The position numbers and the translations under genes were made by a program. Below the pieces are notes generated by a model, which saw only the letters and a list, made by a program, of their open reading frames with translations, was not told where the DNA came from and did no database searches. DNA of 63,832 bases, filler included, from Vannella sp. (Eukaryota): NCBI GenBank assembly GCA_023345925.1. It is 7 parts of 7 records of this genome, joined end to end, with 100 filler letters (N's around TTAATTAATTAA, not from the genome) between each part and the next. Parts side by side here need not be neighbours in the genome. Positions count along the whole stretch, not along the records: positions 8,380 to 17,286 come from JAJQQN010001386.1; positions 17,387 to 25,836 come from JAJQQN010000265.1; 5 more parts are not named here. One strand, given 5' to 3'. Below are positions 14,301 to 25,936 of the stretch, one piece after another; position 1 is the first letter of the stretch; every line of letters begins with the position of its first letter.

Positions 14301-16202
14301 ACAAAAGAGTGCATTGCAGGAGCCACTGTAAACAACAACCCTTGGATTGTCTTGACTATTATCGTTTGTGCAAACACTAACAATCACTTGATTACTGGTT
14401 ATGCCAGACGTGAAGTTGAACAGAACAAGATTCTCTCCCAATCTATTGGGAACGGAGAGATCTATTGGGCACGAAGGGAGTCCTAGTGAATTCAAGGTCG
14501 CTTGATTGGTGGTAGCTTTGAATTGTCTGTTGCTTGATGTGGCAGTTGCTGTGACGTTGCAAAAGAGGGGTTCAGTCGGGACTTCGTCCACCAGCAACTC
14601 AAATCTGCTTGCAAAGTTTCCCTGCACCGCCAGAAGAAGCACAGTACCGGATGCGCGAGAGGAAAAGGTGGCGTCTGAACCGACCCAACACGCCAGCAAA
14701 TTGGAGATCGGGACGAAGCCATTACAAACACCTTCAATGATCCCCACCGTTGGAAAGCCAATCGCGTTATGACAAAGGGATGCTACTACGGTACTCGACA
14801 TGAACTTGGTGACATATTGATACCAGAGAACACGGGAGAATGAAACTGGTGATCCAGTAGAGCGGAGATCTCCCGCAATGGGAATGTGATCTTGAATCAC
14901 TTGTGGTCGGTTGCAATTGTCGTTGATTAAAACAACTGATTCTGCTTTGAATGGAATCAACGAGCGAGATTGATAACTTTGGACCGCCACCACTACTTCT
15001 GTACCAGGCAGAAGAGAAGTTACCAGAAGTGATTGGCCAGAATGTAGACAGCCAGTGGGCTTTTCGGTTGCGTAGCACTGTAAAGCCTCACAACCGCCAG
15101 TGAAAAGATTGATGTATCCTCCTCCAAGAGTTGAGCGGGCTGGGTCAATCGAACAGGAAGAAAAGCGGGTGGGACCTTGGATGGTGTACTGGAAGAAGTA
15201 AGTGATTCCGTCCAGCAGTTGGCTACAAGGAAGTGCTTTGGAACGGTTTGCTGAAAATGACGTTGGGAAGTCTCCCAGAGTGTATAGTAGACCCTCCTTT
15301 GCCTGGATGGCGTCTTCACACACAAGGTTCTCCGTCAATGGTATAATCTCCTCACCTCTGGAGCTTACGAAGGAGACAGACGAAGGCGGAACAGCATTCA
15401 GAATGGCAATAAGCAGTTGTTCCCCGGCTGGAAATGTTTGCTGAGGATGTCTCGGCATGTCACTAGCGTCCTCAAAGAAGTAAATAGACTCAGAGCAAGT
15501 TGGTTGGGCGCAGGCATTCCGGTAGATGACCACAACCAAGGGAAACGCAGTCGATGGATAGCTAGAGAACTCAAAAAGGAGCTCTCTGTGATTCTCTACG
15601 GGTGTATAGATGCCAATTTGCAATACATTGGGGTATTCAGAGATGCAATTGGGTATACCGTAGTCGTTCACATGGAAATAACGATCTGGAGAGATTTGAG
15701 TCTGTGTAATTGATTGCATTTTCGGCAAAGAACTGCATAAAGGCTCCTCCTCCACAAGCAAAGTGAAGATAAGACCTCCTTGAATGATTGATTGCACCGC
15801 CAACACAAAACTCGAAGAGAGTGAAGGTGCAATGACCAGTTTTGGCTGGCTCGTGCTGCAATCATTACGTACATCGATCAGAGGGCATCCAACGCTGTTG
15901 CACGTGGAGTTCAAGAAGATATCCAGACCAATGGCAACAGGGTTTGTCACGTTGCACAAGGAGACCAAGGTAGGGAGAGCTCGATGAATGGGGTCATAGA
16001 AATAGAAACCAGCAGAGTGCGGAGTTGGAGGAGAAGCACAGGCTCCAAACAGAAGATCCAGTGCTCCAGGGCTTTGTGTTATGGTTGCTCCTGTGGTGAG
16101 TCCAAGCCCAATCCTTTGGAAGTTGTATAGGATTGGGCACTGTGCAGAGACAAGGGCCAGGAAGATTAACAGCATGAACAAAGACACAGTAACAGACCGC
16201 AT
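8380..16202 (-). CDS. Giant (>2600 aa) secreted or surface protein: about 18 Cys-containing ~135-aa repeats plus a Ser/Thr-rich stalk; 3' truncated
   Basis: Single uninterrupted ORF with signal peptide MRSVTVSLFMLLIFLALVSA. Recurrent NxxCxxA..GxT...F.F...STC...DT.L.V+.G.C..L.C..DD motif. S/T/P stalk from about 8775 to the contig end. Confidence 0.88.
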
Positions 16203-16673
16203 GGTTCAACAGCAAGTGATGACAGCAAACCGGACACAGACCCTTTCCTGGAGATTTTGCGGACAATTCCAGTAAGCTGTGGCGCGATCAAAAGCCGATC
16301 TGAGGACTATATTTGGCTCTCAGCTTTGAGACCAAATCTACTTCCCCATTGTCACATCGGGCAAGCGAGGTGACAACAGTCAACGGTAGACTCCCTTCTT
16401 GTGCATGAGGTGCGCAATGCGAGAGTCGCTCATCTCCAGCACGAGCCAGCGTTTGTGTTGTAGTCAATGGTGTTTGCCTTCGTGCGGCTCCAGAACATCC
16501 TCCCCTTCCCTACCCAAGACCGATCCCGCTCAAAGAAACGGTTGGCTCCCTCCTAACTCCCCCGTCTCTCTCTAAAGTGAATGGGGAACGGAAAATCGCT
16601 TACATTCACAAAGAAGAGGCAAAACAAAGGAAGGGCAAAACCAAAGGTGCTTGCTGAAGGTGCTTCACCAGGT

Positions 16674-17177
16674 TCAGTATCGGTTGGCCTTAGCAGCATA
16701 CTCCGAGGCAGAGTCTCCGTTAGAGCACTTCTTATGATAGATACCAGCCACAACCACAACAATAGCGACAGCAGCGAGGCCAACAGCTCCTAATCCTAAG
16801 AGCCACGGCCACCAGGACTTCTTCTTGCAGAGGAGGAAGAACTCTGGACATCCACCGTTCTCGTAGTACTCCAAGTACTTGCAGGTGCTGCAGAAGGTAG
16901 TGGAAACCCCAATCCTCCCAGTACAGATGTCGTTGCTGAAGGTCTCCATCGTGTAAGCGTCCTTGTCCGTTTGCGTAAGCCTGTAGCTTCCACTACAGAT
17001 CCCACTGCAGGGATCACAGAACGGCGCTGTGCACAACCCAACGTTATAACCTTCACTCTTACACCCGTCGTCCGTGTTGCAGATGCCACACCGTTGGTGC
17101 AGTGTCCTCGTGATTATACACTCCACACTCAACAATAGACTAATCACCAACACCAACGTTGATAACCGAAGGCTCAT
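16674..17177 (-). CDS. Small Cys-rich type I membrane protein
   Basis: Signal peptide, Cys-rich ectodomain, TM helix WLLGLGAVGLAAVAIVVVVAGIY, short tail. Confidence 0.75.
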   Translation of the reverse strand: MSLRLSTLVLVISLLLSVECIITRTLHQRCGICNTDDGCKSEGYNVGLCTAPFCDPCSGICSGSYRLTQTDKDAYTMETFSNDICTGRIGVSTTFCSTCKYLEYYENGGCPEFFLLCKKKSWWPWLLGLGAVGLAAVAIVVVVAGIYHKKCSNGDSASEYAAKANRY

Positions 17178-17286
17178 CCTCAAAGAAGGGCGGGAGAATA
17201 TGAACAAGAACGTAACCATATCATTATCACGCCATTATTATAGCATGCTTACTCAATTACTGGATCAGATATTATTTTATGATTAT

Positions 17287-17386
17287 NNNNNNNNNNNNNN
17301 NNNNNNNNNNNNNNNNNNNNNNNNNNNNNNTTAATTAATTAANNNNNNNNNNNNNNNNNNNNNNNNNNNNNNNNNNNNNNNNNNNN
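17287..17386. other. Artificial contig linker
   Basis: N44-TTAATTAATTAA-N44. Confidence 0.98.
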
Positions 17387-17694
17387 TCCCTTTTCCCAAA
17401 GCCCCACCTATTCTTACTCAGATCCGTCCGGGGGAACGTATGAGCCTGCTTATTTGAACACTTCAACCATGGAAACGGTCGTTACTGAGTGTTCAAACAG
17501 ACGAAGAGCAGAGTGACTATCGACCTGCTTAACTTCACCCAGCCAGGTGCCCGTGAAGTTTCAGAAGGTCTCCCCGGAAGAACGCCAAAAGAACCTTCCA
17601 AAGTCCCCCAACCCTCCTCCTGCAGAAGAAGACGGTTGCTGTACCGGAGAAGCGATAGCTGGAATCTGCGTTGAATCGTGCATACTAATTTGCT

Positions 17695-17750
17695 GTGAGA
17701 TTCTCTGTGCCGTGGTCACGAGATGAGGCAGTGAGATTCTCTGTGCTGTG
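17695..17750 (+). repeat. 20-bp direct repeat (19/20 identical), period 36
   Basis: GTGAGATTCTCTGTGC[C/T]GTG at 17695-17714 and 17731-17750. Confidence 0.75.
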
Positions 17751-17880
17751 AACTCCCATTTGTGTGTTTCAGTAAATGTTGAAATCAATTGTACCATTTC
17801 CTCCCGCCTTAATGGTGTCATAATTAATTATCTTGAATGGATTGTTCACTTCCCCTCCGAAAATACATTTCACCGTGCCC

Positions 17881-19611
17881 ATGGCGACGTTGATGTGTGT
17901 GGAGTGCGACGATGTGCCTGCCAATGTGCGGTGTGGGCAGTGCAATGATGCTTTATGTGGTCTTTGCTTCCAGTGGCTTCATCGGAAGGGGAAGCGCGCA
18001 CTCCATCAGCCCGAGTCGTTTACTGAGAAGGGAAAGCCAGCCCCGCTTAATGTTGCGGGGACCACGGAGCACTTTGTTCGCTCCTACCCACCTTCTGGTA
18101 TCATTCAGAAGGAGAACTCTCAAGAGGCAGCTCCTGCTCAAGCTGGAGACCTCCCAGGTGGGGCACTTCAGTCCCCTGCCGCTCTCATGGAGCAACTCAA
18201 GTTTATCCCTCTCCGCTTGAGCGCTGAGGAGCGCAAGCTACTCTCTCTACTCGAAGGCGCACTAGAGATCTCTGAATACACGGACAAGGTGGACGTGAGC
18301 CGCACAATGACCGGCTGGGGCTACGGCTTCTTCAGCTTCTCTTCCTTTGGGCGCTCCACCGACTCAGACCGCAAGGAAGCAGTCATTCACCGCGAACTGA
18401 AAGAGGTCTTTGCTCTTATCTCTGGCTTGTTCACGGCAACAGACTTCCGACAGGGGCAGAAGCTGGTCGAGCGGGACTTTGTGGAAAACGAAGAGTTCTT
18501 TCAGCGTGTCTTCGAAGTGGGTCGTCGCTTCAAGATCATGAACCCAGACAAGATGAGAAACACCTATGGAAAGATGATGCACCTTCTCATGGACGCTGTG
18601 AACACTTCCAACACCAAAGTGACGGTTCTCACTCCAATCAAGACTGTCTCTGGTCTCCTCAAGGGCAAGGGGTGCCTCGCTGATGTAGAGAGGTATTGGA
18701 GAGAGTTTATCCTGGCTTCTTCTGTCATAGCTGTGGCTGGATCACAGCTGGAGAAGCAGAAGAGCGACGCTTTTGCCAAGCTTCGGGACGAGCTCGTCAG
18801 CAAAGGCAAATTGACTGAGGACGAGCTTGAACTATGTGTCAGCTCGATGAACGATCACAGTTCTTATGTAGAGGCCAACTGCTATCCTGTGGAGCAAATG
18901 CTCCACAACTTGCACAAGTACTTCCGCCCCGAGCAGGATTCTGCGGAGCGTTCCTTGGAGATCCGTTCCGGTCAGGGAGGCTCTTATCTCTCACATTCTC
19001 ATTCGACACAGTTCAAGTTCGTCAGGCAGAGTCTCATGTTGTGGAATGAGATCCAACGGAAGATGTGTGAGCTCTGGATTCTCACTGATGCCGACTTGTT
19101 GGACCCCACCAACAAGTACCGTTTGGCCAATACAGGACAGGGAATGAATCGGATGCAAGCAGCGCCTCGTATTGGAGGTAAGATGCATTCTATCTTGCGA
19201 AGCGTCCAGTCTTCTTTGAACCACAACTGGATTGGTTTGAGTGTTGTTCATCTGGGCGATCGAGACGTGCCTAATGCATTGGTCTTCATTGACAAGTACA
19301 CTCAAGTGCCACGCATCCTTGGTCCCATTGCTCGTACCATTGACTACTTAGAGAAGTTGGTGGGAGAGGATGTCCGAATTCGGAACCTCATTGAGAAGCA
19401 GTACGATGGTTTGGAGACTAGCAAGATTGCTATCTTGCGAGACTACTTCCGTCATGGATTTGATGGTTCTGGTGATGATGGAGGATCCTGTATTGATGGG
19501 CGATTGACCAGCTCTTGGAACTGGACTTCCAAGTTGGAGAAAAAGTACTTTTTCGCTCTCTTTAAGCTTGCAGACTTTGACGGTTTCGACGGCAACTTCC
19601 GGGGCAACTAA
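17881..19611 (+). CDS. B-box zinc finger plus DUF2009 (UPF0652) protein
   Basis: N-terminal CVECDD..CGQCNDALCGLCF..LHRKGKRALH; EYTDKVD, KIMNPDKMR, HLGDRDVPNALVFIDKY, FDGSG..GSCIDGRLTS.WNW. Confidence 0.88.
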   Translation: MATLMCVECDDVPANVRCGQCNDALCGLCFQWLHRKGKRALHQPESFTEKGKPAPLNVAGTTEHFVRSYPPSGIIQKENSQEAAPAQAGDLPGGALQSPAALMEQLKFIPLRLSAEERKLLSLLEGALEISEYTDKVDVSRTMTGWGYGFFSFSSFGRSTDSDRKEAVIHRELKEVFALISGLFTATDFRQGQKLVERDFVENEEFFQRVFEVGRRFKIMNPDKMRNTYGKMMHLLMDAVNTSNTKVTVLTPIKTVSGLLKGKGCLADVERYWREFILASSVIAVAGSQLEKQKSDAFAKLRDELVSKGKLTEDELELCVSSMNDHSSYVEANCYPVEQMLHNLHKYFRPEQDSAERSLEIRSGQGGSYLSHSHSTQFKFVRQSLMLWNEIQRKMCELWILTDADLLDPTNKYRLANTGQGMNRMQAAPRIGGKMHSILRSVQSSLNHNWIGLSVVHLGDRDVPNALVFIDKYTQVPRILGPIARTIDYLEKLVGEDVRIRNLIEKQYDGLETSKIAILRDYFRHGFDGSGDDGGSCIDGRLTSSWNWTSKLEKKYFFALFKLADFDGFDGNFRGN

Positions 19612-19682
19612 CTCCATCTCTCAAGAAGCATTCGAGCACGTACTCTGTTGATAAATGGATGGTTTATCTTGGTGCTATACAT

Positions 19683-22600
19683 CTAATTGGTCCTGCCATT
19701 CAAGAACTAAGGGTTTGGCGAAGCTTATCTAAAAGAGAGTGAGTGGAAGCAAACCAAGGCAGAGGTGAACACACCTTGTTGAATGGGATTCAAAGCAACC
19801 CAAGATTGCTGCATCAGTTCAGGAGGAAAGTCGCTTTGCATCTTTTTGAGGATGGAAACCATGTTTTGGAAAGTCTCTTGAGATACTAGCGGAGTTCCTA
19901 GAACATCTGCAAAAAGCTGTAAAATGCGGGGAAGGCAGGCGCAGTTTGCTCCCAAGAGGATTTCGGTGTGTTGGACGAAGAAGTGACAAAGCTGCTGGTG
20001 AATAATTGTGGCATCAGTGATTGATGTGACTGGCAAGTAGTTCAGCCAAATAGGAAGCACTTGGGTCAAGTCAATGGCATTCGGGTGGTATTGAATGATT
20101 CTTCCCACAGTGGCAATCGCAGTCTGAGTGGCTGCCAAAAAGTATTTGTCTCGGCTGCTGGGCTCATTAATCGTGGCATTCAGGCGACTGATCGAGTTGC
20201 CGAGAATCTGAGGGAAGAAGGTTTGTGAATGCTCTGAGAGTAAGCCTATCCCCATGGCAGCAGCTCGGCGAAGGTTCGGGTTGGGAGAACTAATCAGTTG
20301 GACTACAAAAGGAGTCCAGCTTTGATAGACTGGAAGGGCGCTTTCACCTCCGTACTCCACAAGAGTATTGAAAAGGTATAAAGAAATGAATTGCTCGCGA
20401 GCCTGTGCAGAATCACCAAGGAAGGTCTTGTAAACCGAGCAGATATCCGTCAAATACTTCAATAGATCGCTTCCACACGTTTCAAAGCATTTTGCTGTCA
20501 CTTCTCCAATCTTCACGAAAATGTCTCGGTAAACATCAATCGTGGAGTATTCTGTGGATTCTTCCTCTGTGTCTACCTGACCATGCTTCTGGAAGAGCTC
20601 ACGTTTCTTCAAGAACTGATTAATCAGCTTTTCAAAAGTAATCCGGAGTCGGGCAAATACTTCACTTTCCAAGTACTTCCCAACTAACCCAATGGACTAT
20701 CCCAGGTCAGTTTTGTTGATAGAGCAGTAGTCTCACTCACTATTTGCAGGGAACTCAGGAAGGAGACCAAAACATCCATGTTTGGCTCGTCCTCCATGGC
20801 CCCAAGGAGGTCCGTCAACACTTTGGTGAAAAGAGCTTGGACATGAGGAGCAGCATTGATGTCTTGTGGGCTCGTTCGAAGGTAAGCCGTGATACACTTA
20901 AGAATGCACGGTATTAATGAGGCACTGGCAATGCGAACTTGCTCATTGTGGTAGAATCGCAGCGATTCTTCGCAGACTGGAACAAGCTTATCGACATATG
21001 TAAAGAAATGCTCTTCAAGCTCGTCTGCCAACCAGAATAGCATGGTGAGAGCGGCACTCTTCTCTTGAATGCGATCCATATTGATGGCGAGGTATTTGTC
21101 ATCTTCAAAAGTGAGTCTCCGCCATCGCTCTTGGTCAATTGTGTGAGATTCTGCTTCGGTGACGACTTTCAAATCAGCAGGAAGCTTTGCTGAGATGACT
21201 AAAGGTGGGACTAATGCTGGGAGATAAGGAACAAAATCCTTCCCTAAAGCTTTACATAATCGCGCCCAAGCTTGCTGTAAGAAGGGAACTTGCTGCTCAT
21301 CCATGGGACCAGCTGGCACAGTATGAGAAAGCCTCTATGGGAAATGAAGATTCATACCTTGTATCAGCAAGAGAGTATTCAATACCTCTTTAGCGTCCTT
21401 TGAGAAGACCTCCAAACCGACTGCAACAGCCAGCAAGCTGATTGCCTCCATCGCTTTACCTCTCAGTTTAGAATGAGCTTCGCCCGTGGCTTGAATCAAT
21501 ACGCCTTTGAAGAAAGGCATAAAGTTGTCATAGAACTTTCCTACATATAAGTCTCTGGCGCAGAGGGGTGGAAAGGTTTCTTACAGGAATGAACCTCTTC
21601 TCCACACAATCAGCAATGGCTGCCACAGCGGTGATAGCTTGCTCCAAAACAATCATTTTCCCTTGCTTAAGGAGCTGGTCAAGCTTCTGAAGGAGGTGGG
21701 GAATGAAAGGCTCTAAGATGGAAGGCTCACAGTGGTCGCAGAAGTTGATAATGGCTGCTGCTGCATGAGACTGCACTCGCGGGTTCTCGCTATCATCCAT
21801 AACCATAGCAATAGAAGTGAGGACCTCATTGTGATAACGAGCTTGGAAAAGTGGGCCAAAATCAGTGGCCAATTGACCCACAGCATTGCAGGCTGCCCAG
21901 CGGACCCTTTCATTCTTGTCCTGGAAAGAGGGCAAAACCATCTTCATAATAGTGTCAAGGTTTGGCGTCAAAACCTGAATGCACCCTTCTCCCACGATTG
22001 AAATAGCCATCAATGCTGCTCGCCTCTGCTTCCAGTCCTCAGCGCTGAGAAGCGTCGGGATGATAGAGAATAGAATAGGAACCAAAACCTGTCCCCGAAT
22101 TGATAGAGCAGTCCTATCGAGGCTCTCTCCACCTAATTCACTCTCCTCTTCATCAAAATCTTCATCCTGAAGCATCAATAGAGTTAGAATCGACGTCTAG
22201 CCCGAGTACCAGACTCACTTGTCCTTCATTCCAATGGGAATTCTCCTCAATCTCTGTCATCATCCTCAGCATCAAAGAAACGAACTGTTCCAAGCTTCTC
22301 AGCTGCTTTCGAACGAGACTGGGCTTCGCCTCACACAAAGTCACGAAGAACTCCAACGCAGAATGTCTAGTTGGTGCATCAGGAGTTAAGGAAGAGAGTG
22401 GAGAGAGAGGGAAGCGAAGAGGAGGACTGGGGAGGATATCTTCTTCCCATTTGACATCCGCAGCGACTTTGAACATTCCAGCGAGAAGATGTTCGAGCTG
22501 ATGCTCGAAAAAGTGAGGACAGAACTCCACCAGCTCGATCAAGCACTCCAAAGCGGCCCTGGCGGTCTCATCATCACCCTGCTCCAAGCTGGAGGACACG

Positions 22601-23421
22601 ATCTGAAGCAGATCACTCTTAGTAAGTCTTTGCTTCCCCTTTAGGTGCTCCTACCTCGAACATGCAAGGCAGCAACGGCTGGAACTGATTACGAGAGTTG
22701 GCACGGTACACAAGGAAGTGAACAGTCCCTGAGAGCGCCGCCAAGCGCACCCGATACGAAGGATCTTGCAAAGCCCGTATCAGGATGCCTTGTAGCGTGT
22801 CGAAGAAGGCAGTGAACTCAGAATCCAAGTGAGAGAGAAGCTGAGAGAAGATCTCCAACGCTGCTTCACGCCACCTCTCACCACTCGACTGCGTCCATTT
22901 CATCAAGAAGTTCATCAGCTCGTCCCAGTTGCCTCCTGTTGAAGCACACGTGAGTTGAATACAGTCTCCATAGCTTTTGCAAGTGTTGTGAAGTTACCTT
23001 CTGATAGGACGTGGCCAGCGAAGGAGGAAGTGAGGAAGGAGAGGTGGCGGAGGATGTCACGATCAGTGGTACAGCTGAGGGCTTGTAGGATGTGAGTTTT
23101 CAGTGTTTCCAATGTGCCAGCTTGTAGATGTGGAATGAGAGGCGTTTGCCTCCGTAATAGCACCGCCGCTAAGGATCGACACTAAAGGAGAGGTTAGCAG
23201 GCTATGAAGGCAGTGAAGCAGATGCGTTGGCGCAGAGAGCCTCTAAGAAGACGTACCTGAATGTTAACCGACTCTGTCTGTAGAATGAGCGCCAAAGCGA
23301 CCACCAATTGATCAGGCACGTTCGCCTTGGCCTCGTCTAATCCTGCTTCTGCCTGCCTTCGCGCTACATTGTCGTCTGCAAGAAGCTGCGAGACGAGCTG
23401 CACGAACGGAGCGATGTCCAT
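19683..23421 (-). CDS. IPO5: Importin-5 / karyopherin-beta3-like HEAT-repeat protein, multi-exon
   Basis: WKQRRAALMAISIVGEGC, RVRWAACNAVGQLATDF, PRVQSHAAAAIINFC, LRGKAMEAISL. Last exon position tentative. Confidence 0.87.
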
Positions 23422-23534
23422 GCCCACCAGCACCAACACAAAAAGAATGACCAAATCCCCTCCGCCCATAATCACCCAATTTAAATCTCATTTAATGTAT
23501 GATTTTGGGCGCTTTGGAAGTGGGAGGTCATTTA

Positions 23535-24248
23535 ATGTTCACCTGGAACAGCAAGGAGGCGACTGCGAAGTTCCCTTCAACGCTGATCTTCCAATCACGC
23601 TTTCGAGGAGCTCACCACTTCAGTTTGACACCTGCCGAAGCACGGACGGAGACGACGGGCACGTTGCCTGCGCCAATCAAGCCGTATACTCGGTTAGGGG
23701 AGGCTATGAGGGACTTGTTCCGCTGTTCTTGGTCTTCAGAGAAGGACACTCCGTCTTGTGATGGGGTGGTTGAAAGGGCTCTTACGGTGATCCAGGAGGA
23801 GCGCAAGATCAGAGACATCCACGAGCAATACCGCCAATGCTTGGTCACAGCGGCCGAGCGCGATGCCATCCAAGCGTACCCTTACGATGTGGTTGTGAAG
23901 TATCCAGACATGCAGAACCTTTGGGGTATCACACAGCAGCTCCGTTTTGGCTTACTCCTGAGCAGCATCTTGTTTGACAAGAAGAAAACAGAAACACGGT
24001 TGGATCCAGCCTTCTCTTCCCTCCTCTCGCCAATGGGAGGCGTGCTGGGCTCTCCTCTGAATTGGATTCATGCAGCTACCTTCTGGCAAGACGGCCCGCT
24101 TCGCTACCAGCGGGTCTGTAAGGATGTGGAATGGTATCTTGACTTGTATCACAAAATTGATCTTTCCAAGGATCCTCGCCCTTATTCCGGCATCCTTTCA
24201 TGGTATTGGATCGACTTGTGTGTAAACAAAATGCCTATGTGGTATTAA
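23535..24248 (+). CDS. Hypothetical protein (intronless), divergent from importin-5
   Basis: ORF 23499-24248 (ATG at 23499 or 23535) with motif LWGITQQLRFG...LDPAFSSLLSPMGG. Confidence 0.65.
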   Translation: MFTWNSKEATAKFPSTLIFQSRFRGAHHFSLTPAEARTETTGTLPAPIKPYTRLGEAMRDLFRCSWSSEKDTPSCDGVVERALTVIQEERKIRDIHEQYRQCLVTAAERDAIQAYPYDVVVKYPDMQNLWGITQQLRFGLLLSSILFDKKKTETRLDPAFSSLLSPMGGVLGSPLNWIHAATFWQDGPLRYQRVCKDVEWYLDLYHKIDLSKDPRPYSGILSWYWIDLCVNKMPMWY

Positions 24249-24506
24249 TATACTCGGCAAAGGCCCTGCCTTCGAAGGAAAATGGTCCAAGACAGCTTAA
24301 GCCTCCTCATTCTCGATGTTAACTGTTTTCTGCCTTTCATTCAGGGGTTACACCAGTCATGATAGGGTTTCTTCGACGTACTGTCCAGTTCCGCTTTCCG
24401 TCTTTGTCAGCCTTCAGCCTCAGTATCTTTGATGAAGAGCGTTTATTTGATAGAGGGAAACACACTGGCAAAGGTTTGCTCAGGGAAGGCTTGGTGGAGA
24501 TGAGAA

Positions 24507-25836
24507 CTATCCTAACTCAGAGATGAACCGACTCACTTCTCCCAGAATTGTTTCTAGGAAGGGTATCACAGGCACCCGGAGTGACTCCGGGCAATCTAGT
24601 TTTCTGTGCGATCGCTTCACTTTTTGAAGGAAAGCCAGCAGCTGAGGCTCGTCAAAGCAATCCTTAAGTTTCTGTTTCTTTCCAGCTGCTCTTTGCTTTT
24701 GATCCCATTTCTGTTGCAGCGGTTTGACTTTTTGCAATTTGCAATTGTGAGCCATCGCTTTGCCACAAATAGGGAAGGAACTGTCATGTTGCTTGTGGGG
24801 TCCTTGACAAGAGAGTGCAGTAAACAATTCTCGGGAAAGGTCTTCCTTATTTGTCGTCGCACCCAGAGGCAGCTTCACATAATCCTTGAACATGTCTTCA
24901 GACACTGGAATCTCTTCAATTCGCTCAGACTTGTTCATTGCAAGGTTGCGGTAATGCCAAATTCGCTCAATTACTTTTGGCCAATCGAATTTCTCTTCTA
25001 GATCCTTCAGTTCTCTTGGTAAGTTGACCGAAAGTGAGTTGATGCTGTCCGAAAGTGAGGCAAAGGTCTGATCGAGCAGGAAATCGGTGACCTTTCCCTT
25101 TACATCTATGAATCCAACTTTCTTGAATTGTAACAGGAGGCGTTTGGAGTCCTTTAGGGGTGAGCTAGGGGAAGGAGCTTTGTGTATACAAAGATCGGCT
25201 AAGCTGTGGTCGGCAAATTTTTTCTCCGGTACTTCGAAGAAAAGTAGTTCGTCAGGCCTTTTGGCATCTCTGAGATTATTCAGTTGAGGGCAGAACTCTG
25301 TCTCGTGCTTCGCTTCGTTAGTTATGGAGATGAGCAGAGAAAACCAATGGGGAAAGTTTTTAACTTCTGATTTGTGCTTCATGAGAGACTCAAGCAAGTC
25401 CAGAATTGATTTCCCCCTGATTTTAAGGAATTGGTCTAATTTCCTAGAGATGTGTTCCCTCCATTTAGTTTTAGCTGGAGATACCTTCAGATCGCCTTGG
25501 TCTTTTGTAGTTCCGAGCTTAAACTCAAATTCGCAAAATTGGTCTGCGAGTTTACTTTCTTTGCCGGTGAACCGGAATGAATGCCCCATATCTTCCGGAG
25601 AAAGTACAAGATGGGTCTCCCAGGCCTTCTTATCCTTTTTTTGAGACAGTTCGGAAGTACTCCACCTTCGGCGTGGCTTCCAGTTTCCACCTTCCAGTTT
25701 TTCCAAAGTGAATGTGACTCTTTCAACAGTTTTCCCTACCACTCCACTGAAGCATACCCAATGAGAAGGGCAAGTTGTGACTAACGAGTCTGTGAGAACT
25801 TTGACCAATCTGTTCCTACTGGTAGCTTCTGTAAGA
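24507..25836 (-). CDS. Lys-rich hypothetical protein, open to contig end (5' truncated)
   Basis: Open frame of over 440 codons continuing to the linker; no recognisable motif. Confidence 0.55.
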
Positions 25837-25936
25837 NNNNNNNNNNNNNNNNNNNNNNNNNNNNNNNNNNNNNNNNNNNNTTAATTAATTAANNNNNNNN
25901 NNNNNNNNNNNNNNNNNNNNNNNNNNNNNNNNNNNN
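25837..25936. other. Artificial contig linker
   Basis: N44-TTAATTAATTAA-N44. Confidence 0.98.

Noticed and set aside
17695..17750. CRISPR-like repeat-spacer
   Set aside because: Only two 20-bp copies with a 16-bp spacer, in a eukaryotic context with no cas genes.
19683..23421. Fragmented ORFs as pseudogenes, frameshifts or an alternative genetic code
   Set aside because: Breaks coincide with short GT-AG introns, and TAA, TAG and TGA all serve as normal stops.
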